The notes under the pieces are model-generated. The model saw nothing but the letters and a program-made list of their open reading frames with translations, had not been told where the DNA came from and ran no database searches. A program made the translations under genes and the position numbers. Positions 1-11,881 of a stretch of 64,000 nt of DNA are shown piece after piece. The stretch lies in the IMG/VR virus record IMGVR_UViG_3300035698_035366, positions 124,001 to 188,000 of that record. The stretch is one strand, 5' to 3'. How positions within the stretch are numbered: position 1 is the stretch's first letter; every line of letters starts with the position of its first letter.

Positions 1-1
1 T

Positions 2-1426
2 CACCGCTTTGAAACAAGAGATGCACAAACAGAACAAGATTTTGGTGGACGACCAAAACCAAAATTCCTGTTTGGTGTGCGATTCATAACTCAGTTCAAT
101 TCACCGGCCTTTGGACAATTTTCTGACCAAAATGGCGACGTCGCTTTTATGGTTAAAACTGTTGATAAACCAAAAATTGATTTTGACGTCACAGTTATGA
201 ATCAATATAATAAGCGTAGATTAGTTCAAACAAAAATAAAATATCAACCAATTAATATGCGTTTTTATGATTCAGTAGATGAAAGACTATCAAAATTTAT
301 ATTATCATACATGCAGCATTACTATGGTGATCATTTAGCAGAAAATGTTGATCAATGGAGTTATGATAAAATTTCTTCAGAATTCAATAATGGTGTAGAT
401 GGTTGGGGTTACAGAGGTATTTCCCAACCAGGCCGCTCAAATTCTGCCCCTTTCATGTCACATATTGAACTTTATCAATTCTTTGGTGGTAATTTTTCTC
501 GTTGGGTTTTTGTTAACCCATTGATTACTAGCTTTGATCATGATAATGTTGATGCAGAATCGGGCAATGTTGCACAAGAAGCAAGTATGTCAGTCGAATT
601 TGAAGGACTTCTTTATAGAGAAAAAAATATCCCATTAGCAACATCTAAAGTTGGTCGCGCAGCAATTGATTTCTTCAAGCTAGAAGAGTTCGCTGATAAT
701 TTAGAATTACCTGATGCACTACAAATCGGCGGTTTAAATCTCGGTGGTATTAGTGATCTTGCATCGGCTAGATCAGTTTTTGGTCGAGAACTTGGTAGGA
801 AAACAATCGAAGTTTTGAGCGGTAGCCCAATCGATACATCAGGCATTTCTAGAACATCATCATCGGCATTAACACCGTTTGGTAACTTTGATTTTGGTTC
901 AGTTATTGTTGGTGAAGGTGTTGATGGATTAATTAGTAGCGGTGTAAGTGGATCGACAGGTGCGGTTTCAAACGCCATTAGAGCTGGTACTGCAAACGTT
1001 GCACGTGATGCTCTTAACTTGGTTAGAGGTAATATTCTTGGAACAGGTGGTACTCGACTCAATGACGGCGCTGCCTCGTTTTGTGCTGACCCAGCAACAG
1101 GATCTGGGACTTCACCGTCCGCATCCCCGGCAGGTGCCGCCAAAGCTGTTGGTCAAACAGGTGGGTTTTCCACACCAGGAGTAGCAGCAGATGAAAATTC
1201 AGCAGTTGTACAGTTTGCAGGAGCGGTGACAACTGGTGTTGATACAGTGGTCAAAGGGGTTGGTGATGGTTTACAGTTTGGATTAGAGACCATCGGGCTT
1301 AGAAATTCCCAATCTACTACAGGAAACCAAATTGGAGTAACAGCTAAACCATTTGTTGACCCAGATTCATTAACGCCTTCACAACGGGCTATTCGGGCAC
1401 AAAACCAATTTCCGGATAACACCTGA
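2..1426 (+). CDS. Tail tube/baseplate (T4 gp19/gp48/gp54-like) protein with long Gly/Ala/Ser/Thr-rich C-terminal extension; 5' end runs off the window
   Basis: Frame is open from position 2 (…RPKPKFLFGVRF…), upstream of the ORF-track start at 77. Motifs VKTVDKPKIDFDVTVMNQYN, YQPINMRFYD and ITSFDHD…SVEFE are typical of tube-fold proteins. Confidence 0.6.
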   Translation, partial: HRFETRDAQTEQDFGGRPKPKFLFGVRFITQFNSPAFGQFSDQNGDVAFMVKTVDKPKIDFDVTVMNQYNKRRLVQTKIKYQPINMRFYDSVDERLSKFILSYMQHYYGDHLAENVDQWSYDKISSEFNNGVDGWGYRGISQPGRSNSAPFMSHIELYQFFGGNFSRWVFVNPLITSFDHDNVDAESGNVAQEASMSVEFEGLLYREKNIPLATSKVGRAAIDFFKLEEFADNLELPDALQIGGLNLGGISDLASARSVFGRELGRKTIEVLSGSPIDTSGISRTSSSALTPFGNFDFGSVIVGEGVDGLISSGVSGSTGAVSNAIRAGTANVARDALNLVRGNILGTGGTRLNDGAASFCADPATGSGTSPSASPAGAAKAVGQTGGFSTPGVAADENSAVVQFAGAVTTGVDTVVKGVGDGLQFGLETIGLRNSQSTTGNQIGVTAKPFVDPDSLTPSQRAIRAQNQFPDNT

Positions 1427-1857
1427 TGGCTAAGTATGGTCATGTGCATAGTGGTGAATTTACGCCCAGCAATCCGGCAAAATATAAAGGTTCATATCCA
1501 ATAACATATAGAAGTTCATGGGAACTCACTGTATTCAACATGTTTGATTCGCACCCCAACGTTTTAGAATGGGCAAGTGAAAGCATAAAAATACCTTATA
1601 TGCACCCATTTAAGGGTAGAATGTCATTTTATATCCCAGACATTGTTGCAAAATTCGTGGATAAAAAAGGAAAAACTCATGTTGAGGTTATCGAGATAAA
1701 GCCTTTGAAAGAAACTTTGGCAGAACATGCCAAATCCAGGTATGATCAAGCACAATTAGCGGTTAATCATGCTAAATGGAAATCGGCTCAAGCTTATTGT
1801 GCAAAAGTCGGTATGAAATTTAGGATTTTAACCGAAAAACAAATATATAGAAATTAG
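1426..1857 (+). CDS. Head completion nuclease, T4 gp4-like (TnsA-type PD-(D/E)xK)
   Basis: G-x-F-x-P-x-N-P-x-K-Y, YRSSWE, WASE…IPY, YIPD and IEIKP motifs. Confidence 0.85.
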   Translation: MAKYGHVHSGEFTPSNPAKYKGSYPITYRSSWELTVFNMFDSHPNVLEWASESIKIPYMHPFKGRMSFYIPDIVAKFVDKKGKTHVEVIEIKPLKETLAEHAKSRYDQAQLAVNHAKWKSAQAYCAKVGMKFRILTEKQIYRN

Positions 1858-1954
1858 CAATTACTTAGTGCAATTGCGGTTTATACAACTTCTTTGCTGT
1901 GAACCTTACGAAATTCGTTTTGTAAATAATAAAAATATATTGAGGAGATATTGT

Positions 1955-2542
1955 ATGCCTAAACAGCAAAAAACAAAACTTGAAGAAACCTTGGATTTGC
2001 CCAGTTTATCTGACGCATTAGAAGAATCAAAAGTGTCAAAAGAAAAAGAAGCACTCGATGCTGAAGAAAAAGAAGTGGATGAATTGGAAGAAACAATGAA
2101 AGAACTTTCAGCAACCAATCCACAGTCTGCTTCAGATTTTAAAAATGCATTGGATTCAGCAGCTGAATTAGAAAACACTGTCGCTAGGCATGCTGATTTC
2201 AAAGAACATGATGATGAAATGAATGAAGTTTCTGCACACGCAATGGAAAGTTATGAAATGCTAATGGATTTTGGAATGAACTGTACACCAGCTCATGCCG
2301 GATCAATATTTGATACCGCCGCCACTATGTTAAAGATTTCCCTTGATGCTCGAAATTCTAAATCAGATAAAAAATTAAAAGTTTGGCGTTTACAAATTGA
2401 ACAAGCCAGATTGATGCGTGATATGGAAAAACAGCGAGATGATAGTGGTGAAATTATTGATAATAACAATAACCAAATTAAAGGTTCTAGAAATGCGATT
2501 ATTGAGGGAATCAAATCTGGTAAGATCAGCTTGGACGATTAA
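1955..2542 (+). CDS. Acidic helical hypothetical protein; possible small terminase subunit
   Basis: ATG at 1955 follows a GAGGAG RBS (1942-1947), so the ORF-track start at 1868 is probably too far upstream. The function guess is positional only. Confidence 0.5.
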   Translation: MPKQQKTKLEETLDLPSLSDALEESKVSKEKEALDAEEKEVDELEETMKELSATNPQSASDFKNALDSAAELENTVARHADFKEHDDEMNEVSAHAMESYEMLMDFGMNCTPAHAGSIFDTAATMLKISLDARNSKSDKKLKVWRLQIEQARLMRDMEKQRDDSGEIIDNNNNQIKGSRNAIIEGIKSGKISLDD

Positions 2543-2597
2543 AAACAATCAACCAGCTAAATATAAAGAAATACAATTCTTTTAAAGGCTTTGGAAT

Positions 2598-3425
2598 ATG
2601 AAAAAAACATTTATTGAACATTTGATAGAGAGCGATCGGGAATACAGCTACCGAATTAAATCGGTTGTTGATTTTGACGATACCCAAATGGAGAAATTGG
2701 AGAGATTGGTTCAAAAATATGAACTACGTGATATGGAATCTCCAAGAAAGACTATTATTCAAGATCATCCACTTGATTTCCCAGATGTGAACCATGCAGA
2801 AGTTTATATTATTGATATTGTCACTGGTGTACCAGTATCATCATATATATTACAACAAGAAATCCGAGAGAATTTGAAAGTACCGGAAAAGTTTATTGTT
2901 GTTCGTTCTGAGAATGATCCTCTAGAGATTGAAACAGAAAAAATGCTTGCAATGAAAGATATGCGTGATGAAGCTGAAAAGAAAGGCCTTGAACGAGATG
3001 CATTACTTTCAACTTCAAGTGTTTATGTTGAAGATGAAAACTCAGTTCCTGGTGAAGAAATGTATGGGGATATATATAATAAGAGATTTCTAGATACTCT
3101 TGCCCAAATATCAGCAACTCGTTCCCCAGAATTCATTGAAAACAAAGGCACGGGGATTTTCTCGTGGTTGAACAATGAAGTTGACGATGTTCCTGAAATT
3201 ATGACAGACGATAGTTTCAACAGTGGTAAAGAATACGAATATGCTCCAAAACCAACACCGTGGTGGAAAGCTTCCAGCGTTGATCACAGGTTACATGATG
3301 ATTTAAGTTTGGGAACAGCCGGAAACTTTGATGACGATTCAAAATTATATCATCAAAAATATAAAAAGATTGATGGAGAAGAAGTCCATATGATCCGTAA
3401 AACAGAGGGAATTCAAGATGACTAA
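2598..3425 (+). CDS. Hypothetical late/virion protein
   Basis: 275-aa ORF after GCTAAATA (2556). N-terminus MKKTFIEHLIES resembles the E-site leaders of the other head proteins. Confidence 0.6.
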   Translation: MKKTFIEHLIESDREYSYRIKSVVDFDDTQMEKLERLVQKYELRDMESPRKTIIQDHPLDFPDVNHAEVYIIDIVTGVPVSSYILQQEIRENLKVPEKFIVVRSENDPLEIETEKMLAMKDMRDEAEKKGLERDALLSTSSVYVEDENSVPGEEMYGDIYNKRFLDTLAQISATRSPEFIENKGTGIFSWLNNEVDDVPEIMTDDSFNSGKEYEYAPKPTPWWKASSVDHRLHDDLSLGTAGNFDDDSKLYHQKYKKIDGEEVHMIRKTEGIQDD

Positions 3426-5472
3426 CGAATTGGATAGAATGATTAAACTAGCGGGCATTCGTCTTGCAGAAGATAATATGACCACTGACGGATTTGATTT
3501 CTCAGGAATTTCAAAACTCGTTGATGAAAATAAAATCAATACATTACCATATGGTGATCAAAAAGAAATTTTTAGACTGTCAAGTATGATTGGTGATGGT
3601 GGTATCCATGATGCAGTTTCCAGAGCGAAGGCGATGATACAGAAAGATCCATCGATGAGTTCAACTATGCAGAGTATATTACAAGACCTAATTTCAAATA
3701 GTGGTGTCAGTGATGTACAGGAAAATCTTAGTCCAATCCATGGTTCTCCTGAGAATCCAGATGAGGATCTTTATCCAGATCAGGAAGTTCACCAACATGA
3801 TCACGATTGGAACAATAACGATTCGTCCGAAGCAACAGATGATGATGGGCATCTAGTAGAAGATGAAGGTTCGTTAACATTTAAACTTTCAAGAAAGAAA
3901 ACTGAAGACGGGGAATTTGTAGTTAAAGCATACAAAAATGGCAAATATTATGAGCCAGCAAGCTACTATACAGATGATTGGGAAGATGCAGTTGGAACTA
4001 AAGCTGATATGGAGAAACGTGAAGGCATCAAGGAAGATGGTGACATGGGCGAAGCGCGTGAATTACCAGATGCAGTTAAAAATAATTTTGAATATGATCC
4101 AGATGCAGAAGCAACCGAAATTAGCTTTGATACAGAAGAACCTATTTCGGAAGAAAATACAACAGAAGGTGTTGTCAAACTAATATCAATGCTAGACGGT
4201 GATAGAAAAACTGCTAAAGAAATTGTAAAGCAATTGGATGAATGGGTTAACTTTGCTGGTGAAGATTGGTCTTCTGATGATTTTGTTGATGAACTCATGA
4301 ATGCATTTCCTGACCTAAGTGAAGAGATGGCTACTGAAATTCTTGAAATGCATGAAATGGGTGAAATTGGCGTCTCGGCATCATCATATAATGAATTTGG
4401 TGAATCAATCAAAGAAGACGTTCGTCAAGACGTTCCTGTTCTTGAATTCGATTCAACAGGTGATGCTTATGATGCGTGCCAGTATGATGACAATATAAAG
4501 AATGGTGATGTACTTTTAATTCCATCCGAAGGTGTGGTTGGAATAGCTGGTACGTGGCCCGTGGCAGTCACAATAGAAAATGGTAATCTCCATTCAGCAA
4601 AGGATGGTGAGTTATCACTTTACTTGGATGAACAAAATATGGGAGCCGGATTAGATAAAGCTGTTGCAACTGCAAATGATCACGGCTTTGAAATTGTTCC
4701 TGAAATGGCACAAGAAATAACTGAAGGATTTATGGATGATCTTCGTTCAGCAGCCAGTGATTTAGAAGGTGAGCTTGTTGTTATGCGTGAAACCCCAGAT
4801 GAAAGCGAATATGGTGCGGTAGAGGCCTTGGTTCGGGATATGGCACAAGCATATCATGTCGATGAAGATAGTTTATCTAGAACATTTGAAGATGTTTATG
4901 GTGTACATCCAGAAGAATATATGATGCAAACCGAATCGATGAACGAAATTAATGAAGATTGGGGCTCATCAGATTGGTATCCAATCATACAAAATATCGA
5001 TCAGGCAATTGAAAGAGACGGTGTATCACCTGAATCTATTGAAAATGCGGCACGCGATAGTGCAGAAATGTATTACGACCACATGGGATATGAATCAGTA
5101 GATGATGCAGTAGATCCAATTATCAATGGTTGGATGCGCATGTCAAAGAAAGGTAAACAGCTTTCTGCTATGTTCGCACCAAAAGAGACTATGGATGAAC
5201 ATGAAAACGGTGAATACGATTTTGGTCACCGTCAGATGGGTTACAAAGATTATCAACAGGATGTTTTTGATTATAGAGGACGAGCAGAAACTTCTGGCTC
5301 CAAACTTCGAGTTGTTAATAATTATGGCGATAACCCAATGATTGAAGAAGACCCTAGAAATGATAATGGTATTCGTGGAAAGCGGTTTTATGAAAATCAA
5401 GATCCTATTGCTGTTCGTGAAGCTCAATATGCTAAAGAATTCCGAGCGTTTTTAAAAGAAGGAAAGAAATAA
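3418..5472 (+). CDS. Very acidic multi-module protein, putative internal head polyprotein
   Basis: 684 aa, D/E-rich, many (I/L/V/M)-x-E sites (LAE, LVE, IKE, ITE, INE, LKE), RMIKLAGI N-terminal motif. Confidence 0.6.
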   Translation: MTNELDRMIKLAGIRLAEDNMTTDGFDFSGISKLVDENKINTLPYGDQKEIFRLSSMIGDGGIHDAVSRAKAMIQKDPSMSSTMQSILQDLISNSGVSDVQENLSPIHGSPENPDEDLYPDQEVHQHDHDWNNNDSSEATDDDGHLVEDEGSLTFKLSRKKTEDGEFVVKAYKNGKYYEPASYYTDDWEDAVGTKADMEKREGIKEDGDMGEARELPDAVKNNFEYDPDAEATEISFDTEEPISEENTTEGVVKLISMLDGDRKTAKEIVKQLDEWVNFAGEDWSSDDFVDELMNAFPDLSEEMATEILEMHEMGEIGVSASSYNEFGESIKEDVRQDVPVLEFDSTGDAYDACQYDDNIKNGDVLLIPSEGVVGIAGTWPVAVTIENGNLHSAKDGELSLYLDEQNMGAGLDKAVATANDHGFEIVPEMAQEITEGFMDDLRSAASDLEGELVVMRETPDESEYGAVEALVRDMAQAYHVDEDSLSRTFEDVYGVHPEEYMMQTESMNEINEDWGSSDWYPIIQNIDQAIERDGVSPESIENAARDSAEMYYDHMGYESVDDAVDPIINGWMRMSKKGKQLSAMFAPKETMDEHENGEYDFGHRQMGYKDYQQDVFDYRGRAETSGSKLRVVNNYGDNPMIEEDPRNDNGIRGKRFYENQDPIAVREAQYAKEFRAFLKEGKK

Positions 5473-5520
5473 CCCTTAATTTTAGTGAGCAGCCTTATCA
5501 ATCTTAAAAAGGAAATTAAA

Positions 5521-5793
5521 ATGAAAGTATCAAAGGATTTTCAAGAACAGTTTGTTTACGGTAAGGTTAATACTACAATTCATGTTTATTATCACTTACC
5601 AGATTATAATTCTATAATACAGGAATTTGTCTGGAGAACTCTTGATCTTGATCCACATTTCCCTAGAATCCATCAATTTTTGGATCATTGGGATAGAAAT
5701 ATCGATGCACCAATAAAGGAAGCTTTCATCTCCTGTGATAAAGGAAACTTCAAACCAGAGTTCAGAAATGTTACTGCTTGGTTTAATGCCTAG
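5521..5793 (+). CDS. usg: Usg-family protein
   Basis: Pattern TTIHVYYHLPDYNSIIQEFVW…DLDPHFPRIHQFLDHW matches the alphaproteobacterial Usg family as I recall it. ATG 5521 follows AAGGAA. Confidence 0.75.
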   Translation: MKVSKDFQEQFVYGKVNTTIHVYYHLPDYNSIIQEFVWRTLDLDPHFPRIHQFLDHWDRNIDAPIKEAFISCDKGNFKPEFRNVTAWFNA

Positions 5794-5809
5794 ACCTACG
5801 TTTTTGCGT

Positions 5810-5817
5810 TATAAATA
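5810..5817 (+). promoter_or_regulatory. T4-type late promoter TATAAATA upstream of terminase
   Basis: Exact T4 late consensus. Other exact copies at 10542, 36927, 57377 and 62909. Confidence 0.65.
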
Positions 5818-5873
5818 TAATACTTACAACATGTTACAGAACGTGTTTGTAGATTATTAATTATACGGGGTAA

Positions 5874-7490
<1,617 letters not shown>

Positions 7491-7533
7491 CCTAGCATAA
7501 ATAAAGTATATAATGATAATATAAGGGTTTAAC

Positions 7534-9849
7534 ATGGCTGATAAGTTTGGTCTCTTGGCAGAAAGAATATTTAGTATTTTCAAAGGAACGGGGCACACCC
7601 TTAGACTCTTCGATGAGCAGGGAAACCAAACAATTGATCCTGAAAATGCTCGGCATTTCTTTGCTGTTGAAGACCGTATTATGGTTACTTTGCATCAAGA
7701 CAATGCGGATAACAATGAATTAACGTTAATGATTCCGGAAAAGAATGATAAGGGTGATGTCCGCCATTTTGCCGATATGATTAGATCTTTAAGACGGTCA
7801 GCACAACACTTTAATATTATGTTTACAGTTAGAAAATTTGGGCATGAGATTACACCGAAAGATGTGATCCATAAAATAAAAGAATCATGGAGTAATGACA
7901 TGGAAATCGCAGAACAGATGAATCCAAAGATGACGGGAACCTCTCGCACAAGTCATCAAAAGTGGAATGAAGCAAGACTAATCGTCAAGCACTCAAAAGT
8001 TGTAAATGAAGAACAACGGGGCGCTCGATCCAGAAATATTAGTCGGCTTTTTGTAGAAACCGCTGAAGGCGAACGTTTCTTGTTCCCTACAAAGAACTTA
8101 CAAGCTGCGAGAGCATGGTGTCGTCATCTGGGTGCGGGGGGTGTTGCTAATGACATAGTTAGTGAGCATATCAAAAGCCTAAGCAATGAAATGGAAACAT
8201 TGAAGGAATTTTCCGCACATATTTTCCGCAATAGGACAACTTTGGAAGAATCAGCACTTGCTGTTCGTTCATCTGCCCGCACTAGAATTGACGAGATCCG
8301 TAATGAGCTAGGTCGTTTTATGACTAAGAGAGCATACTTTACGGTTGCTGAAGAAATCGAAAGTTCTGAAACCAGCGGTGATACACTTGTCGAATCACAC
8401 ACCGATTTATCTGAGCGTTTAGAATGGTTGTCAGACACGTTAGCTATTGCAGAAGATCATGATTTATATGGTAAATTGTCTTCTTTAGTTGAATTTACCG
8501 AACCAGCTGTTGCTGACGAAGAACCAATGGAAGGACAATTTACTCCGGACGATGTTGCCCAAGCATATGAATTCCGTGGTGCAGATAATGCAGCCCGTGA
8601 CCCGGAAGGCACATTTGATTGGGAAGCAATCAATAAAGATACTCCTCCGGAGCACAAAGATCACCTGAAACCACCTGCCGTAGAACGTTTATATTTTGAA
8701 GAAGCTGCGGCCCTACTTAATACAAATGATTTTACGTTTTTTGACAAATACACCGATGACGACGCAAACAAACCAGATGAATGGACCCCTCGTGGAAAAT
8801 TAGCTTGGCGTTTAGCTTCAATCGCAAAGAGACTTGATCCAAAGGTTAAGGGACAATTGGTTCTTTCAAATATTCTTTCCTATGTGGCAGATAAGATGCA
8901 AGAAGGCGCAAGACCAAATCCACAAGCACAACGCATCGCTGGTCACTTCATTACAAATATTGCTCCAACAATTCATGAATCAATCAGCGTTCGTTTAGCA
9001 CAAATTGAAGAAAGTGTAAAACTTGGAGAATCATGGCTTGAAGATTTGGAATCAGCGGTTAATGATTTAGAAGCAGAGCTCGAAGCATTCATTGACAATG
9101 ACAGTGAATATGGCGCAGTTGACCCATTAATATACGATATGGCACAAGCCTATGGTGTAGATGTAGCAAGCTTGGCCAATGCATTCCACGACATGAAAGG
9201 TATACCACCAGAAGACTTCGTGTTTCGCGGTCGATCATTTGGTGAAAGCCGTGAACTAGACGAATGGTTCGAAGGATTTGATCCATTGAGAATTATTAAG
9301 GAATCTTCAAAAAAACTAACCGATGATATTCCAGTAATTCCGGGTGACATGGGAAAGGATTTTGAGGATGAAATTACAACCGATGGTTATGACCATGGTG
9401 AAGACGCGCAAAACATTATAAACTCAAACGACGAAATCGATACAGAGATGTATGAAGAAGTTGAATTGGCTAACGGTATGAAAGTTAAGTTTACTCCGGA
9501 TTATGCTGGTAATGACGCCGGTGAGGTTTTCACTTTAACGGGATGGGATGGCAAGCGTGGTCGAGTTGAAGATTCTCAAGGTCGTGGTTGGGGGGTTAGT
9601 GGTTATCAAATCGAGCCAGCTTTTTCAAGTCAAGACGACGATTACGATGATGATTCAATCCCAACGCAGGGATCATCCCGTGATCTGAGAGATATTAATG
9701 AAATTGCAGAATGGGCAGCTGATGCAGTTACCGATGGTAGAATGAATTTTGATGAAGCCGTTGAAGATTATTACCAAGACAATTTCGAAGAGAGTGGAAT
9801 TATGATTGGTAAATTCGAACAGATGGTTCAGGCACATTTGGATAGCTAA
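7534..9849 (+). CDS. Large hypothetical virion/head-associated protein with acidic modular C-terminal half
   Basis: 771-aa ORF after CATAAATA (7496). Many x-x-E sites (IKES, LVES, IHES, LGES, FGES). Shares a module with 3418..5472. Confidence 0.6.
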   Translation: MADKFGLLAERIFSIFKGTGHTLRLFDEQGNQTIDPENARHFFAVEDRIMVTLHQDNADNNELTLMIPEKNDKGDVRHFADMIRSLRRSAQHFNIMFTVRKFGHEITPKDVIHKIKESWSNDMEIAEQMNPKMTGTSRTSHQKWNEARLIVKHSKVVNEEQRGARSRNISRLFVETAEGERFLFPTKNLQAARAWCRHLGAGGVANDIVSEHIKSLSNEMETLKEFSAHIFRNRTTLEESALAVRSSARTRIDEIRNELGRFMTKRAYFTVAEEIESSETSGDTLVESHTDLSERLEWLSDTLAIAEDHDLYGKLSSLVEFTEPAVADEEPMEGQFTPDDVAQAYEFRGADNAARDPEGTFDWEAINKDTPPEHKDHLKPPAVERLYFEEAAALLNTNDFTFFDKYTDDDANKPDEWTPRGKLAWRLASIAKRLDPKVKGQLVLSNILSYVADKMQEGARPNPQAQRIAGHFITNIAPTIHESISVRLAQIEESVKLGESWLEDLESAVNDLEAELEAFIDNDSEYGAVDPLIYDMAQAYGVDVASLANAFHDMKGIPPEDFVFRGRSFGESRELDEWFEGFDPLRIIKESSKKLTDDIPVIPGDMGKDFEDEITTDGYDHGEDAQNIINSNDEIDTEMYEEVELANGMKVKFTPDYAGNDAGEVFTLTGWDGKRGRVEDSQGRGWGVSGYQIEPAFSSQDDDYDDDSIPTQGSSRDLRDINEIAEWAADAVTDGRMNFDEAVEDYYQDNFEESGIMIGKFEQMVQAHLDS

Positions 9850-9852
9850 GTC

Positions 9853-10437
9853 ATGCGCTTAGTTGAATTCGAAGATCCTGGAGTTTATGTTGCGTTTAAA
9901 CTTGATTTATCAAGTGCTACGCAATTATCAGATTTTGTTGAAAACGAGTTGGACATGAAGCCAATTCCTAAAGATTTAATGCATGTCACAGTGGCGTCAT
10001 TCAAAACTGGAACCATTAATGAGTCGACCTTTCCAAAAATAAATTTCCCAATTGAAATTGATATTGCGGATTCATTTAGTACCTTTGGTTTCTTTACACT
10101 TCCATTTAAAGGGATTTATAATGCTGCATATATCAATCTAGAAAATAACCGAGAACTAATGATTGCTAGGGGTAACATTTTAGATTGGATGGACGATTGC
10201 GGAATATCAACAAAAACACCAGGTGGTAGATTTAGAGCCAGATGGCGGGGATGGACCCCGCATGTTTCTGTTACTTTTCAGGATACAGAAAAAAATAAGC
10301 TTCCTTGGGAAGGGGGTAATATGATTAAAGTCAAAAACTTTTTAAGAGGGACTGTGGATCTACCAATTTCAACTATAAAAGTGTCAGATATAATTCTAAC
10401 GCCGCATGATAAGAATTGGGGAGCAGATTTAGTTTAA
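9853..10437 (+). CDS. 2H phosphoesterase, Acb1 (T4 gp57B)-like
   Basis: Two HxT/S motifs (MHVTV, PHVSV). GVYVAFK near the N-terminus and a W-x-x-D-L C-terminus parallel T4 57B as I recall it. Confidence 0.75.
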   Translation: MRLVEFEDPGVYVAFKLDLSSATQLSDFVENELDMKPIPKDLMHVTVASFKTGTINESTFPKINFPIEIDIADSFSTFGFFTLPFKGIYNAAYINLENNRELMIARGNILDWMDDCGISTKTPGGRFRARWRGWTPHVSVTFQDTEKNKLPWEGGNMIKVKNFLRGTVDLPISTIKVSDIILTPHDKNWGADLV

Positions 10438-10462
10438 CTATTTGAAATATATTGTTTAACTT

Positions 10463-10489
10463 GGGCGGGAGAAATCCCGTCCTTTTTTT
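10463..10489 (+). terminator. Intrinsic terminator
   Basis: GGGCGGGA-GAAA-TCCCGTCC followed by a T7 run. Confidence 0.85.
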
Positions 10490-10697
10490 GTGATTTTTTC
10501 ATTGATTTTTCGCCTATTTTTATATTGTTATTAACTTCAAGTATAAATATAATTAACATACAGTAAAGGGAAGCTTTATTGTGTGTTTAGGCAAAAGCAA
10601 AAAGTATTGGTGAAGTATTCATATTTTAATATTGATATCTTCACTGTACAGGCATTATATTATAGGCACTAACATAGGCAAAAAGGAAAACATAACT

Positions 10698-11759
10698 ATG
10701 GCAACATTAGCAGAAATCAGAGCAAAGCTCGCAGAACAAGAAGACCGTAAGTCATCTTACGGAAACAAAAAATCCAACAACGAAGTATATCCATTCTGGA
10801 ACATCGCAGACGGCTCAACGGCATTAGTCCGTTTCCTACCCGATGGCGATGACAATAATATCATGTTCTGGAAGGACCGTCAGATTATTAAGATCCCATT
10901 CGATTATGAAGGTAAGGAAGTTGAAGTCCAAGTTCCTTGCATGGATATGTATGGTAAGAAGTGTTTCATCACAGAAGAAATTAAGCCTTGGTGGAATGAT
11001 GACGACCTAATGCCACTAGCTCGTAAGTATTACAAGAAGCGCTCATATATCTTCCAGGGATTTGTGGTAAATAATCCACTTGAAGGCGATGAATGTGAAA
11101 CACCAATCCGTCGATTCGTAATCAATAAGAGCATTTTTGATATCATTAAGGCCAGTCTGCTAGATGCGGATATGGAAGATAGCCCAGTAGATTTTGATGC
11201 TGGTCGTGATTTCAAGATTACTAAGACAAAGAAAGGTAAGTATGCAGATTATACTACATCTGCATGGTCTATGAAGAGCCGCTCACTAAGCGACGAAGAA
11301 CGCGCAGCAATTGTTGAGCCAGGTCTTCATAATTTAAATGATTTTCTTCCAAACGAACCAAACGAAGAACAGCTAGTAGCAATCAAAGAAATGTTTGAAG
11401 CTAGTGTTAACGGTGACCCATACGATCTAAATCGTTGGGGCAACTTTTACCGTCCATATGGTATCCAGGCTCCAGAAGAATCCTCATCAGCCCCTGTTTC
11501 AAAGCCTACTACGCCCAAGCCAGTAGAAAAGGTAGCTGAAAAAGCAACTGAAACAGTCGTTGAAGACTCCGATGACAGCGTCCCTTTTGATGTCGACGAG
11601 TCAAACTCTCCAAAAGAAGACTCTTCAGCAGTTTCGTCCTTGAAAGACCGTGTTGCTGACGATGCACCTGCCCCTACAGGTAGTGATGATAGCTCGGAAG
11701 ATAAGCCCGATCCAAAAGCTATTATTGCGATGCTTCGTAACCGCAAAAAAGCTGAGTAA
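10698..11759 (+). CDS. Single-stranded DNA binding protein (T4 gp32-like)
   Basis: MATLAEIRAKL, ALVRFLPDGD, KRSYIFQGFV, GRDFKITK…YADY, acidic tail. ATG 10698 follows AGGA. Confidence 0.9.
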   Translation: MATLAEIRAKLAEQEDRKSSYGNKKSNNEVYPFWNIADGSTALVRFLPDGDDNNIMFWKDRQIIKIPFDYEGKEVEVQVPCMDMYGKKCFITEEIKPWWNDDDLMPLARKYYKKRSYIFQGFVVNNPLEGDECETPIRRFVINKSIFDIIKASLLDADMEDSPVDFDAGRDFKITKTKKGKYADYTTSAWSMKSRSLSDEERAAIVEPGLHNLNDFLPNEPNEEQLVAIKEMFEASVNGDPYDLNRWGNFYRPYGIQAPEESSSAPVSKPTTPKPVEKVAEKATETVVEDSDDSVPFDVDESNSPKEDSSAVSSLKDRVADDAPAPTGSDDSSEDKPDPKAIIAMLRNRKKAE

Positions 11760-11771
11760 GAAGAGCATATC

Positions 11772-11811
11772 TACCGGACGGTGCTCCCCGCGCCGTCCGG
11801 TACCTTTCTTT
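11772..11811 (+). terminator. Intrinsic terminator
   Basis: TACCGGACGGTGC / GCGCCGTCCGGTA stem followed by CCTTTCTTTT. Confidence 0.8.
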
Positions 11812-11881
11812 TATAGTATTACTTAAAAGATAAGCGTAGGATATAAGTATGGTTGGTTACAAAAAATGAGGAAAAATAAAA

